From Actinomycetota bacterium (lineage in GTDB: Bacteria > Actinomycetota > Actinomycetes > Mycobacteriales > Jatrophihabitantaceae): DNA of 49,568 nt. Position numbers and translations under genes: made by a program. Below, one piece after another: positions 8,685-19,332 of this stretch; within the stretch, counting starts at the first letter, position 1; the number at the start of each line of letters is the position of its first letter. The stretch lies in contig JBKPQM010000039.1 of the NCBI GenBank assembly GCA_046734095.1, positions 1-49,568 of the forward strand, in the 5' to 3' direction. The notes beneath the pieces are model-generated. The model was not told where the DNA came from. It did no database searches and saw only the letters and a list, made by a program, of their open reading frames with translations.

Positions 8685-9647
8685 TTATCGGACGCTCCCG
8701 CCCGGCTTGAGCCGGCCGGGCGGCATCGGGGGAGCGTCCAGCCGCTCGCCACCCCCCACGACGGTGCCGAACCGGGAGGCCGCCATCCACTGCTCGCGTG
8801 CTGCCGCGATCTCCTCGCTCGAGCGGGCGACGAAGTTCCACCACATCACGATCTGTTCGGCGAACGGCTCGCCGCCGAGCAGCAGCACGCGGGCGCCTGA
8901 CGACGAGGTCAGCCGCAGATCACGCCGCGCCGCGCCGAGATACAACATTGCCCCCGGCGCCAGCGGTACGCCGTCCACATCGAGAGCGCCGGACATGACG
9001 AGGACGGCGTGCTCGAAGTCGGGCTCCAACGGCACCAGGGCGTCGGCGCCGGGCGCGAGGGTTACGTCGGCGCCGATGATCGGCGAATAGGCCTGCCCCG
9101 GGGACCTAGCGCCGGCGAGCTCGCCCATGATCACCGTCACGGACAGGCCGACGTCGCGGAGCTCCGGCAGTTCCGCGTGATGAGCCCAGGACGGCGCGAT
9201 CTCCCGCGCCGAGTCCGGCAGCGCCACCCACAGCTGCGCTCCGTGAAGCAGGGCGGGATGGGGCACCGGCGACTGCTCGGCGTGCGCGATGCCGTGGCCA
9301 GACGTCATCAGGCCAAGCTGACCGGGCTTGATCAGCTGGTCGCTGCCGATGCTGTCTCGGTGGTGAACCTCGCCCGACAGCAGCCAGCTCACCGTCTGCA
9401 GGCCCATGTGGGGATGGGGTGGCACCTGCATCCCCGGTCCGGCGGCGATGTCGTCGGGACCGTAGTGGTCCACGAAGCACCAGGGGCCGACCAGCCGTCG
9501 GCCGAGATTCGGCAACAACCGGCGCACCTTCGTGCTTTCGCCGAGCATCACCTCCCGCCCGGCGAAGACCTGATGCACCGGTGTGGCGGTCACTCCCGAC
9601 CGGCCGCCGTAGGTGCCCAGATCAGGGGTGCGGTCTAGGTTGCTCAT
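8685..9647 (-). CDS. Pirin family protein
   Basis: Cupin metal motif is HPHMGLQTVSWLLSGEVHHRDSIG. The bicupin length (320 aa) fits. ATG at 9647. Confidence 0.85.
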   Translation of the reverse strand: MSNLDRTPDLGTYGGRSGVTATPVHQVFAGREVMLGESTKVRRLLPNLGRRLVGPWCFVDHYGPDDIAAGPGMQVPPHPHMGLQTVSWLLSGEVHHRDSIGSDQLIKPGQLGLMTSGHGIAHAEQSPVPHPALLHGAQLWVALPDSAREIAPSWAHHAELPELRDVGLSVTVIMGELAGARSPGQAYSPIIGADVTLAPGADALVPLEPDFEHAVLVMSGALDVDGVPLAPGAMLYLGAARRDLRLTSSSGARVLLLGGEPFAEQIVMWWNFVARSSEEIAAAREQWMAASRFGTVVGGGERLDAPPMPPGRLKPGGSVR

Positions 9648-9658
9648 TGGCTAACCTG

Positions 9659-9720
9659 CTCTTCGCGCGAGCGCTCATCGCCCGGCTCGTTCCGCTCCTC
9701 GGCGCTGCGCGCCTGCGATG
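9659..9720 (+). repeat. Partial copy of the dispersed GC-rich intergenic repeat (23-nt core CTCTTCGCGCGAGCGCTCATCGC)
   Basis: An exact 23-nt core lies at 9659-9681, followed by GTTCCGCTCC...GCGCCTGCG as in the 25.6-kb copies. It sits between the pirin start and the B3/4 gene stop. Confidence 0.7.
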
Positions 9721-9729
9721 CTCGCTCGC

Positions 9730-11806
<2,077 letters not shown>

Positions 11807-11843
11807 ACGCCGCGCCGAATCCCCCGTCGGGTAAGAAGCCGCG

Positions 11844-12866
11844 ATGACGGCGGTTGTGGATCTGCGCAGTGACACCGTCACCCGCCCGACTCCGGCGATG
11901 CGGGCCGCCATCGCCGAGGCGGAGGTGGGCGACGACGTCTACGGCGAGGATCCCACAGTCAACGCGCTCGAGGCCGAGGTCGCCCAGCTGCTGGGCCTTC
12001 CCGCGGCCCTCTTCGTGCCAACCGGCTCGATGGGTAATCAGCTCGGAATCCGCCTGCTCGTCCCGCCCGGCAAGGAGCTGATCTGCGACACCGTCGCGCA
12101 TCTCGCCCGGGCCGAACTCGGCGCGGCCGCGGTGTTCTCCGGCATCACATTCCGCACCTGGCCGTCGAACCGCGGGCGCCTCGACGTCGACGCGATCGCC
12201 TCGTTGATCAGCCCGGACGCCGGCCCGCACCTGGTGTCCACCGCGGCGGTCGCCGTCGAGAACACGCACAACTTCGGTGGAGGCACGGTCCAGTCGTCCG
12301 CCGCCCTGGATGACGTGCGACGCCTGGCCCGAGACAACGGCTTGGCCTTACATCTCGACGGCGCGCGGCTGTGGAATGCGCACGTGGCGACCGGCACCCC
12401 GCTGCGCGATCTGGCCGCCGGCTTCGACACCGTGTCGGTGTGCCTGTCGAAGGGGCTGGGCGCACCCGTCGGCTCGGTGCTCGTCTCGTCCGCGGAACGC
12501 ATCGCGGAGGCCCGGATGTGGCGCAAGCGCTACGGCGGGGGCATGCGCCAGGTGGGCATCCTGGCCGCGGCCGGCCGCTACGCACTGGCCCACCACGTCG
12601 CCCGGCTCGCCGATGACCATGCCCGCGCCCGGCGACTGGCCGATGCGCTTGGTGTCGATCCGTCCACTGTGGACACCAATATCGTGGTGATCGACCTGCC
12701 CGACGCTCCGGCCGTGGCGACGGCCGCCGGGGCCGATGGTGTGCTGATCTCCGTGCTGGGTCCGCGCCAGGCCCGTCTGGTGACCCATCTGGACGTCGAT
12801 GACGACGGTATCGACCGGGCCGTCAAGGTGCTCGAACCCCTTGTCCGGACGGCGACACGCGGCTGA
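11844..12866 (+). CDS. ltaE: Low-specificity L-threonine aldolase (PLP-dependent)
   Basis: N-terminal motif is DLRSDTVTRPTPAMRAAIAEAEVGDDVYGEDPTVNALE. The PLP-lysine context is CLSKGLGAPVGS. Confidence 0.85.
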   Translation: MTAVVDLRSDTVTRPTPAMRAAIAEAEVGDDVYGEDPTVNALEAEVAQLLGLPAALFVPTGSMGNQLGIRLLVPPGKELICDTVAHLARAELGAAAVFSGITFRTWPSNRGRLDVDAIASLISPDAGPHLVSTAAVAVENTHNFGGGTVQSSAALDDVRRLARDNGLALHLDGARLWNAHVATGTPLRDLAAGFDTVSVCLSKGLGAPVGSVLVSSAERIAEARMWRKRYGGGMRQVGILAAAGRYALAHHVARLADDHARARRLADALGVDPSTVDTNIVVIDLPDAPAVATAAGADGVLISVLGPRQARLVTHLDVDDDGIDRAVKVLEPLVRTATRG

Positions 12867-13159
12867 CCCTGTCATCCGCGCGAAGAGCGATCTGCCATGC
12901 TGAGGCCCGCTGCCCAAGGAGGCAGCTGCGCGGCGGGCCGCGCTCGCCCAGGCGCGTAAGCCGTGCGACACGGGATCGACGCAGTCGGTGCAGATCAATG
13001 CGTTCGTGTGTCGCCAGCACACTCTCGTCGAGGCGGCCGCGATTTCCGGCAACCGCCTGCTCGTGCTGTGCACGGCGGCGGGCTCGGACGACGCTGCGCT
13101 GGCCGACGTCCGGTCCGAGCTCCGCACGCTCATCGCCGCCGTGGCGACCTAGCATCGTG

Positions 13160-14191
13160 CTAGCCGGCGAGGTGCGCGGCCGACGTCCGGCCGAGCAGGG
13201 TGGGGATCGTGGCCACCGCATCGGCCAGCTCGTCGAGCGATTCGCCGACCAGCGCTTGCGCGCCGTCGCACAGCGCCGTCTCGGGATTGGGGTGCACGTC
13301 GACCATCACACCGTCGGCGCCGGCGGCCATGCCGGCCCGCGCGAGGGGCACGACGAGGTCGCGCCGCCCGGACGCGTGGGACGGGTCGACGATCACCGGC
13401 AGGTGCGAGAGCCGCTGCACCAGCGGGACGGCCGACACATCCAGCAGGTTGCGGATGGACGACTCGAAGCTGCGGATACCGCGCTCGCACAGCACGATGT
13501 CGAGGTTGCCGCGCTGGGCGATGTACTCGGCGGCCATCAGCCATTCCTCGTATGTGGCGGTGAGGCCGCGTTTGAGCATTACCGGCTTGCCGGCAGCGCC
13601 CACCGCCTGCAGCAAGCCGAAGTTCTGCATGTTGCGGGTACCGATCTGGAGCATGTCGGCGTGCTCGGCGACCACGTCGACGTCGGCGACCTCAGTCACC
13701 TCCGTGACCACGGGCAGCCCCACCGCCTCGCGTACCTCGGCGAGGATGCGCAGGCCGGCCGCACCCAGGCCCTGGAAGGCGTACGGCGACGTGCGCGGCT
13801 TGTACGCGCCGCCGCGCAGGAGGGTGGCGCCGGCCCGCTTGGACATGCGCGCGGCCTCGAGGGTCTGCTCGGCGGTCTCGACGGCGCAGGGCCCGGCGAT
13901 CAGGGTGAACGTGTCGGGGCCGATCGGCACGCCGCCGACCCGCACCGTGGTCCGCTTGGCGTGATTTTGGGCGGACACCAGCTTGTACGGCGCCGTGATG
14001 CGCATCGTCTCGGTGACGCCGGGTAGTCCGCTGTCGTCCAGGGTTTCCAGCACGTCCTCGGAGCCGACGACACCGATGATCGTGCGGGTGACGCCGCGAC
14101 TGACGAACGCCTGCCCGCCGTGCGCCTCGATGTGCGTGACGACGCCCGCGATGTCGTACTCAGTGGCCGCCGGAGCCATGACGATGACCAT
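13160..14191 (-). CDS. Class I-beta DAHP synthase with an N-terminal ferredoxin-like regulatory domain
   Basis: N-terminal MVIVMAPAATEYDIAGVVTHIEAHGGQAFVSRGVTRTIIGVVG parallels Thermotoga-type DAHPS. The core shows GPCAVE, LLRGGAYKPRTSPYAFQG and IVDPSHASG. Confidence 0.8.
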   Translation of the reverse strand: MVIVMAPAATEYDIAGVVTHIEAHGGQAFVSRGVTRTIIGVVGSEDVLETLDDSGLPGVTETMRITAPYKLVSAQNHAKRTTVRVGGVPIGPDTFTLIAGPCAVETAEQTLEAARMSKRAGATLLRGGAYKPRTSPYAFQGLGAAGLRILAEVREAVGLPVVTEVTEVADVDVVAEHADMLQIGTRNMQNFGLLQAVGAAGKPVMLKRGLTATYEEWLMAAEYIAQRGNLDIVLCERGIRSFESSIRNLLDVSAVPLVQRLSHLPVIVDPSHASGRRDLVVPLARAGMAAGADGVMVDVHPNPETALCDGAQALVGESLDELADAVATIPTLLGRTSAAHLAG

Positions 14192-14283
14192 GAGCCGCAG
14201 GCTACCGGCTCGCGGACGACGTCGAATTGAGCCGCAGCTGCCGATCTAGCGCAGCCTGCATCGCCGGGAGCCCAGCGATCAGG

Positions 14284-16275
14284 TCAGAACACGATGAGGG
14301 TGATCGTGTCGCCGCGTTTCACCTCGGTGCCGCTGGGCGGATTCACACTGAGCACCTGCCGGCCGTCACCACCGCCACCACCGAACACCGGGCGGACCTT
14401 GACCTTGAGCCCAGCGTCCTCGAGGGTTCTGCGTGCGTCGCCGACGGGCGTGCCCGTCGCGATATCTGGCACCGTCACCCTGTCGGCACCCTTCGACACC
14501 GTCAACGTCACCGTGCCGCCCTTCGGCACTTGCGACCCGCCGCCGGGATCCTGAGAGATGACCTTGCCTTGGTCGACGTCGTTGTTGGCCTGCTCGACGG
14601 TCTTCACGTCGAAGCCGGCGTCCTGCAGCGTGTTCGTCGCGTCGTCCTGATTCTGGCCGGTCACGTCCGGGACCTCGACCATCTCCGGGCCGCTCGACAC
14701 GATCAGCGTCACCGGCGTGTTGGCACGCACGTTGGTACCAGCAGGCGGATCAGTGCCGATCGCGTCGCCTTTCTTGACGCTGCCGTCGGCGCGCTGGGTG
14801 GTCGTCACCTTGACGTGCACCGCGCTCAGGGCGTCCCTCGCCGTGCCCTCGGACTTGTTTCGCACGTCGGGCAGCACATACACCTTCGGGCCGAGTGAGA
14901 CCAGCAAGGTGATCTTGGCGTTTCGCCGCACCTGGCTGTTGCCGCTCGGTTTGGTGCCGACGACGTTGCCCCGGGCGACGGTCTCGCTGTTCACCTGCGA
15001 CGTCGTCACCTTGTCGAATCCGGCCTGGTGGAGCGCCGCGAGGGCGGTGCCCGGTGACTCACCGGCGACCACTGGTACCCGGGTGTACCGCCCGGCGACG
15101 AGCCACCACCCGGTGAACCCGGCGGCGCTGCCGATCAGCAGGAACACGAGCAGGATGATCAACAGACCGCGCCGGCGCTTGCGCCGGTGGCCGCGATGGG
15201 GGTCGATCGTAGGCGGCGGGGGAAGCCGGGTCGATCTGGGCGGCGGCGGCCGGGAGCCGAACCCGGCCGGACCATCGACTGCGGTGTCATGCACTCGGGC
15301 GCCGGGGCCGAGCCGCTGCGTCGTCCCGGCGTCTGGGCCGACCGCCGTGTTCGCGTCGGCGGCGGAGGGATTCAGCTTGGAGCGGGGACGGGCCGGCACC
15401 GGCACCACCGGCAGCCCGAGTTCGGCGCGGACCTCCGCCAGCTGCGCGAGAAAAGCCCCGGCGTCAGCGGGCCGCCCCGACGGGCCGCTGTCGGTGGCCC
15501 GCACCACGAGGTCGTCGAGTTGCGGGGGGATCCCGCCGACGCGTGAGGACGGCGCCGGCACCCGGCTGTGCACGTGCTGGTAGGCCACGGCCATCGCCGA
15601 GTCGCCGACGTACGGGGCGTCCCCGGTGAGCAGCTCGAAGAGCACGATGCCCGCCGAGTACACGTCCGTGCGCTGGTCGGCGTCAGTGCGGGTGACCTGC
15701 TCCGGCGAGCAGTACGCGACGGTGCCCATCACCAGGCCGGTACGGGTGGCCGTGCCCTCGGCGCCCACCGCTCGGGCCAGGCCGAAGTCGGCAACCTTCA
15801 CCACGCCGTCGTCGGACAGGAGGATGTTCTCGGGCTTGACGTCGCGGTGCACCAGCCCGGCGCGGTGCGCGGCCGCCAGGGCGGCAAGCACGGGCTCCAT
15901 GATCGACACCGCTTCGGCCGGGCTGAGCCGGCCGCGCTCGCGCAGTAGGTCACGCAGGGTGCGGCCCTGGACGAGCTCCATGACGAGGAACACCAGGCGC
16001 CCGTGGTCGGTATCCTCAGAGCCCTGGTCGAACACCGCGACGGTGTTGATGTGCGCCAGCTTCGCCGACGCCCGTGCCTCCCGGGTGAAGCGGTCGGCGA
16101 ATGCGGGGTCGGCGGACAGCCCGCTGGACATGACCTTGATCGCGACGAGGCGGTCGAGCCGCTGGTCGACGGCGCTGTACACCGTCGACATCCCGCCGCG
16201 GGCGATGCGCGCGCGGATCCGATATCGGCCGTCGAGAACCTGGCCGACCAACGGATCCGCGGTGGCCGTGTGCAC
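14284..16275 (-). CDS. pknL: Ser/Thr protein kinase, PknL-like, with 4 extracellular PASTA repeats
   Basis: Kinase motifs are GGMSTVYSA...VAIKVM, HRDVKPENIL and DFGLAR. The TM segment is LLIILLVFLLIGSAAGFTGWWLV, followed by four ~65-aa PASTA-like units. It is syntenic with aroG and Rv2175c-like genes. GTG start at 16275. Confidence 0.85.
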   Translation of the reverse strand: MHTATADPLVGQVLDGRYRIRARIARGGMSTVYSAVDQRLDRLVAIKVMSSGLSADPAFADRFTREARASAKLAHINTVAVFDQGSEDTDHGRLVFLVMELVQGRTLRDLLRERGRLSPAEAVSIMEPVLAALAAAHRAGLVHRDVKPENILLSDDGVVKVADFGLARAVGAEGTATRTGLVMGTVAYCSPEQVTRTDADQRTDVYSAGIVLFELLTGDAPYVGDSAMAVAYQHVHSRVPAPSSRVGGIPPQLDDLVVRATDSGPSGRPADAGAFLAQLAEVRAELGLPVVPVPARPRSKLNPSAADANTAVGPDAGTTQRLGPGARVHDTAVDGPAGFGSRPPPPRSTRLPPPPTIDPHRGHRRKRRRGLLIILLVFLLIGSAAGFTGWWLVAGRYTRVPVVAGESPGTALAALHQAGFDKVTTSQVNSETVARGNVVGTKPSGNSQVRRNAKITLLVSLGPKVYVLPDVRNKSEGTARDALSAVHVKVTTTQRADGSVKKGDAIGTDPPAGTNVRANTPVTLIVSSGPEMVEVPDVTGQNQDDATNTLQDAGFDVKTVEQANNDVDQGKVISQDPGGGSQVPKGGTVTLTVSKGADRVTVPDIATGTPVGDARRTLEDAGLKVKVRPVFGGGGGDGRQVLSVNPPSGTEVKRGDTITLIVF

Positions 16276-16334
16276 ACCGGGATTCTAGATGTCCGAGCCG
16301 AACTGGGCCCCGGACGACACCCTAGGCTGGTGGA

Positions 16335-16540
16335 TCATGAGCGCGCGAGCATCACAGGCGCCGGCGCCGACGAGTAGAGCGAGCCGGCGATGAGCGCTTG
16401 CGCGAAGAGCCCCGCCGCCGCGACGCGGCCCGCGCCGGAAGGCGCGGTGCGGGGTCGTGGATTCGCCCGAGCGCAGCGAGCGGCGGAGACGCGGCGCCGA
16501 GCAGGCGCGATAGGCCAGTGCGCTTGCGCGAAGAGCAGGG
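16335..16540 (-). repeat. Dispersed GC-rich intergenic repeat: one full ~94-nt copy plus partial cores
   Basis: 16387-16480 is, by eye, roughly 80 percent identical to the reverse complement of 25558-25650. The core at 16387-16409 has 1 mismatch. Partial cores lie at 16335-16356 and 16521-16535. Confidence 0.75.
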
Positions 16541-16544
16541 TGTG

Positions 16545-17372
16545 ATGAGCCAAGCCGTTCAATCAGGTCAGGCGGAGTTGCTCGCGGACGCCGACCGGCC
16601 GGGCGGCTGGCTGCTGCTGGTCGATCGGATCCGGCAGTCCTACGTCGATCTGGACGATCCGACCTACCTCGACTTCGAGTACCTGCGCAGCATGGCGGAC
16701 GTGTTGGATGCTCGTGGCCCCGGCCCGCTGGCGGTGACACACGTGGGTGGCGGCGCGTTCACGTTCGCGCGCTACGTCGCGGCCACCCATCCCGGGTCGG
16801 CCCAGATCGTGTTCGAGCCGGACGCCGCTTTGGTGGAGTTCGTCCGGGCCCGACTGCCGTTGCCGCGGGGGACCCGGATTCGCGTCCGGCCGCAACCGGG
16901 CCGGCCGGGGGTGCGGGAGCTGCGTGATGCCAGCGCGGACGTCGTCGTGATCGACGCCTATCTCGGCGGGCGGGTGCCGGCCGAACTGACCACTCGTGAG
17001 TTCATCGCCGATGTGGCTCGGGTGCTGCGGCGAGATGGCGTGTTGCTCGCCAACCTGACCGACGGACCGCCACTCACGTACACCCGCCGGGTCGTGGCGA
17101 CGACCCGGGTCGTCCTGCCCCGAGCGCTGCTGATCGGCTCGGCCGGGGTGCTCGGTAAGCGCCGCTACGGCAACCTCGTCCTGGCGGCGAGCCGGACCGC
17201 CCTGCCCTTGCGGGCGGTACGGCAGGCCTCGGCGTCGGCGATGTTCCCGACCCGCGTCGTCGCCGGCACTGCGTTGGACGGGCTCGCGGCCGGCGCCGAG
17301 CCGCTCAGTGATGCGACGCCGATGCGCTCGCCACGGCCCCCTGAGGAGGGCTGGCGGGTCGAGCCGGAATGA
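16545..17372 (+). CDS. Spermidine synthase-like (class I methyltransferase fold) protein
   Basis: YVDLDDPTYLDFEY...VTHVGGGAFTFARY...VVVIDAY resembles spermine/spermidine synthase-like proteins. The upstream part of the long ORF lies in repeat DNA, so ATG 16545 is preferred. Confidence 0.6.
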   Translation: MSQAVQSGQAELLADADRPGGWLLLVDRIRQSYVDLDDPTYLDFEYLRSMADVLDARGPGPLAVTHVGGGAFTFARYVAATHPGSAQIVFEPDAALVEFVRARLPLPRGTRIRVRPQPGRPGVRELRDASADVVVIDAYLGGRVPAELTTREFIADVARVLRRDGVLLANLTDGPPLTYTRRVVATTRVVLPRALLIGSAGVLGKRRYGNLVLAASRTALPLRAVRQASASAMFPTRVVAGTALDGLAAGAEPLSDATPMRSPRPPEEGWRVEPE

Positions 17373-18160
17373 TCGACCTCATGCCGCTGCCGTCCAACCG
17401 CGATCACACAAACCGGGTCCGCGCCGAGTCGTTCGGCGCCGACGCCGTGGCGTACGACCGGGTCCGGCCGAGCTACCCGGCGGCTTTGATCGACGATCTG
17501 CTCGCGGCCCGCCCCGGTGGCGTGCTCGATGTGGGATGTGGCACGGGCAAGGTGGCCCGGCTGATCGCCGCGCGGGGCCGGCCGGTGCTGGGTGTCGAGA
17601 TCGACGAGCGTATGGCGGCGGTGGCCCGCCAGCACGGCATCGATGTCGAGGTTGGCCGGTTCGAAACGTGGGACCCCGCCGGGCGCCGCTTCGACCTCAT
17701 CGTGAGCGGGCAGGCCTGGCATTGGATCGACCCGGAACGGGGCGCTCGGAAGACGGTCGACGTACTACGGGCAGGCGGTCTGCTCGCTCCGTTCTGGAAC
17801 TTCTCGAGCGTCGACCCGACGGTGCGCACGCGCATCGACGCCACCTACGCGCGCATTGCTCCGCAGATCACCCAGCGCTCGGTACTGCGTAGTGGCGGGC
17901 CGACGACCATCCCGACGATCATCGAGCACCTGCAGGGCACGGGCCTGTTCGCCAGTGTCGAGCATCGGCGTTATCGCTGGGATCACGACTACAGCCGGGC
18001 CGAGTGGCTCGCCCTGACTCAGACCCACAGCGACCACAGCACGCTGCCGCCGGCCCAGCTGGCCGCGCTGATCGCCGCGCTGGACCGGGCGATCGCCGAC
18101 GATATCGTGCACGTCCATTACGTCACGGAAGCGATCCTCGCGCGCCCCGCTCGGCATTAG
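17369..18160 (+). CDS. Class I SAM-dependent methyltransferase
   Basis: SAM motif I is VLDVGCGTGKVARLIAARG. The start overlaps the previous stop (ATGA at 17369-17372). Confidence 0.75.
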   Translation: MIDLMPLPSNRDHTNRVRAESFGADAVAYDRVRPSYPAALIDDLLAARPGGVLDVGCGTGKVARLIAARGRPVLGVEIDERMAAVARQHGIDVEVGRFETWDPAGRRFDLIVSGQAWHWIDPERGARKTVDVLRAGGLLAPFWNFSSVDPTVRTRIDATYARIAPQITQRSVLRSGGPTTIPTIIEHLQGTGLFASVEHRRYRWDHDYSRAEWLALTQTHSDHSTLPPAQLAALIAALDRAIADDIVHVHYVTEAILARPARH

Positions 18161-18170
18161 GCTGGTCGAC

Positions 18171-18515
18171 ATGCCTGACGAGGCGGAGATGGAGCTGGTC
18201 ACTCTCCCCGAGGCCGCGCAGACGCTGGGCGTCCCGGCGACTCGCATCAACCAGTGGATCCGCGACGGCGTGCTGCTCTCCGCGCGCAACGTCGTCGGCG
18301 AGCGTTGCGTACCGGCCGCCTTCATCCAGGAGTCCGCCGTCGTAAAGGGGCTTCCCGGCGTGATCACGTTGCTGCGCGACGCGGGGTACGCCGACGACGA
18401 GATCATCACCTGGCTGTTTCGCGGCGACGACTCACTGCCTGGGACCCCGATCCAAGCGCTGCGTGAAAACCGAGGCACCGAAGTGAAGCGCCGAGCACAA
18501 GTGTCAGGCTACTGA
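18171..18515 (+). CDS. Rv2175c-like DNA-binding protein
   Basis: LVTLPEAAQTLGVPATRINQWIRDGVLL...VPAAFI...VVKGLPGVITLLRDAGYADDEIITWLF resembles the winged-helix Rv2175c family, which is a PknL substrate in M. tuberculosis. Confidence 0.75.
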   Translation: MPDEAEMELVTLPEAAQTLGVPATRINQWIRDGVLLSARNVVGERCVPAAFIQESAVVKGLPGVITLLRDAGYADDEIITWLFRGDDSLPGTPIQALRENRGTEVKRRAQVSGY

Positions 18516-18631
18516 CAATCCGCCTTCCGATTCCGACCCGCCCGTGATGACCACAGAGTTCTGTTCGACGGTCGACCACCACAAGTCTGTGATCATCAGC
18601 TGCTCAGCGATCTCGGCGGCCTGACCCCTCA

Positions 18632-19027
18632 ATGGGCCATCTCGTGTACCTCGCGCTGCTCGCCGGTTGCCTGATCGGCACAGCGCCACTCGAAGTGCTT
18701 CTCCATACGCGGGTGTATGCTCGCTGGCGCCGCCTCGTCCTGGCCCTCCTCCCAACCCTGATCGTCTTTACCTTGTGGGATCTCTACGCGATCCAACAGG
18801 GCCAGTGGCGATACGAGCGGCGGTGGATCACCGGGGTAGTTCTGCCCGGCCGGCTGCCGCTAGAGGAATTGGTCTTCTTCGTCGTAATCCCCATCTGCGC
18901 GATCTTGACACTCGAAGCGGTGCGCCGGAGGCGTCCGCAGTGGGCCATCGGCGACGAAGCCGCGAGCAGCGGCGAGAGTCGGGACGCGCGGCCGGGGCCG
19001 GCTGACCGAAAGGAGACACGACAATGA
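18632..19027 (+). CDS. crtYc: Lycopene cyclase domain protein (heterodimeric cyclase subunit)
   Basis: Small polytopic membrane protein with a PLEELVFFVVIP motif typical of the lycopene cyclase domain. Confidence 0.75.
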   Translation: MGHLVYLALLAGCLIGTAPLEVLLHTRVYARWRRLVLALLPTLIVFTLWDLYAIQQGQWRYERRWITGVVLPGRLPLEELVFFVVIPICAILTLEAVRRRRPQWAIGDEAASSGESRDARPGPADRKETRQ

Positions 19028-19332
19028 CCTATACGGTGCTCGCTGTCCTGGGCGTGCTCGGCGCGGCCGCGGTCGACCAGCTGGTGCTGCGGACAAACCT
19101 CTTGCGGCGCAAGGCGTTCTGGACGGCGTACGCCATCGTCCTGTTCTTCCAGGTGATCGTAAACGGCGTGCTCACCGGCCTACCCATAGTCCGTTACAAC
19201 CCGCACGCAATCATCGGGCTGCGCTTCGTCTACGCGCCGATCGAGGACGTGCTGTTCGGCTTCACCATGGTGTTGGTGACGTTGGCTAGCTGGGTATGGC
19301 TCGGCGCTCGCGCCGCGCGGCGAGCGCGCTGA
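19024..19332 (+). CDS. crtYd: Lycopene cyclase domain protein (second subunit)
   Basis: ATGA overlap with crtYc at 19024-19027, with AAGGAG 9 nt upstream. It carries a PIEDVLFGFTMVLV motif. Confidence 0.75.
   Translation: MTYTVLAVLGVLGAAAVDQLVLRTNLLRRKAFWTAYAIVLFFQVIVNGVLTGLPIVRYNPHAIIGLRFVYAPIEDVLFGFTMVLVTLASWVWLGARAARRAR

Noticed and set aside
8689-8742. GC-rich imperfect hairpin (GGACGCTCCCGCCCGGC ... GCCGGGCGG ... GGGGGAGCGTCC), considered as a bidirectional terminator for the convergent S8 and pirin genes.
   Set aside because: It lies inside the 3' end of the pirin coding sequence, has bulges and has no U-tract. It may still pause or terminate the S8 transcript, but I cannot support a terminator call from sequence alone.
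12963-13163. 66-aa (+) and 132-aa (-, 12823-13221) track ORFs in the ltaE-DAHPS spacer.
   Set aside because: Their translations are Arg/Gly/Pro-rich junk. A different + frame (12904-13152) carries the GC3 coding signal and is reported separately as a tentative small ORF.
16285-16740. ORFs crossing the repeat copies (16285-16740 -, 16335-16562 -, 25390-25953 +, 25496-25777 -, 25525-25728 -) that share peptide strings such as RASAHR and GAGRVAAAGLFARALIA.
   Set aside because: The shared peptides come from the repeated DNA being read in open frames. The copies occur in both orientations and as truncated forms, which is inconsistent with a conserved protein.
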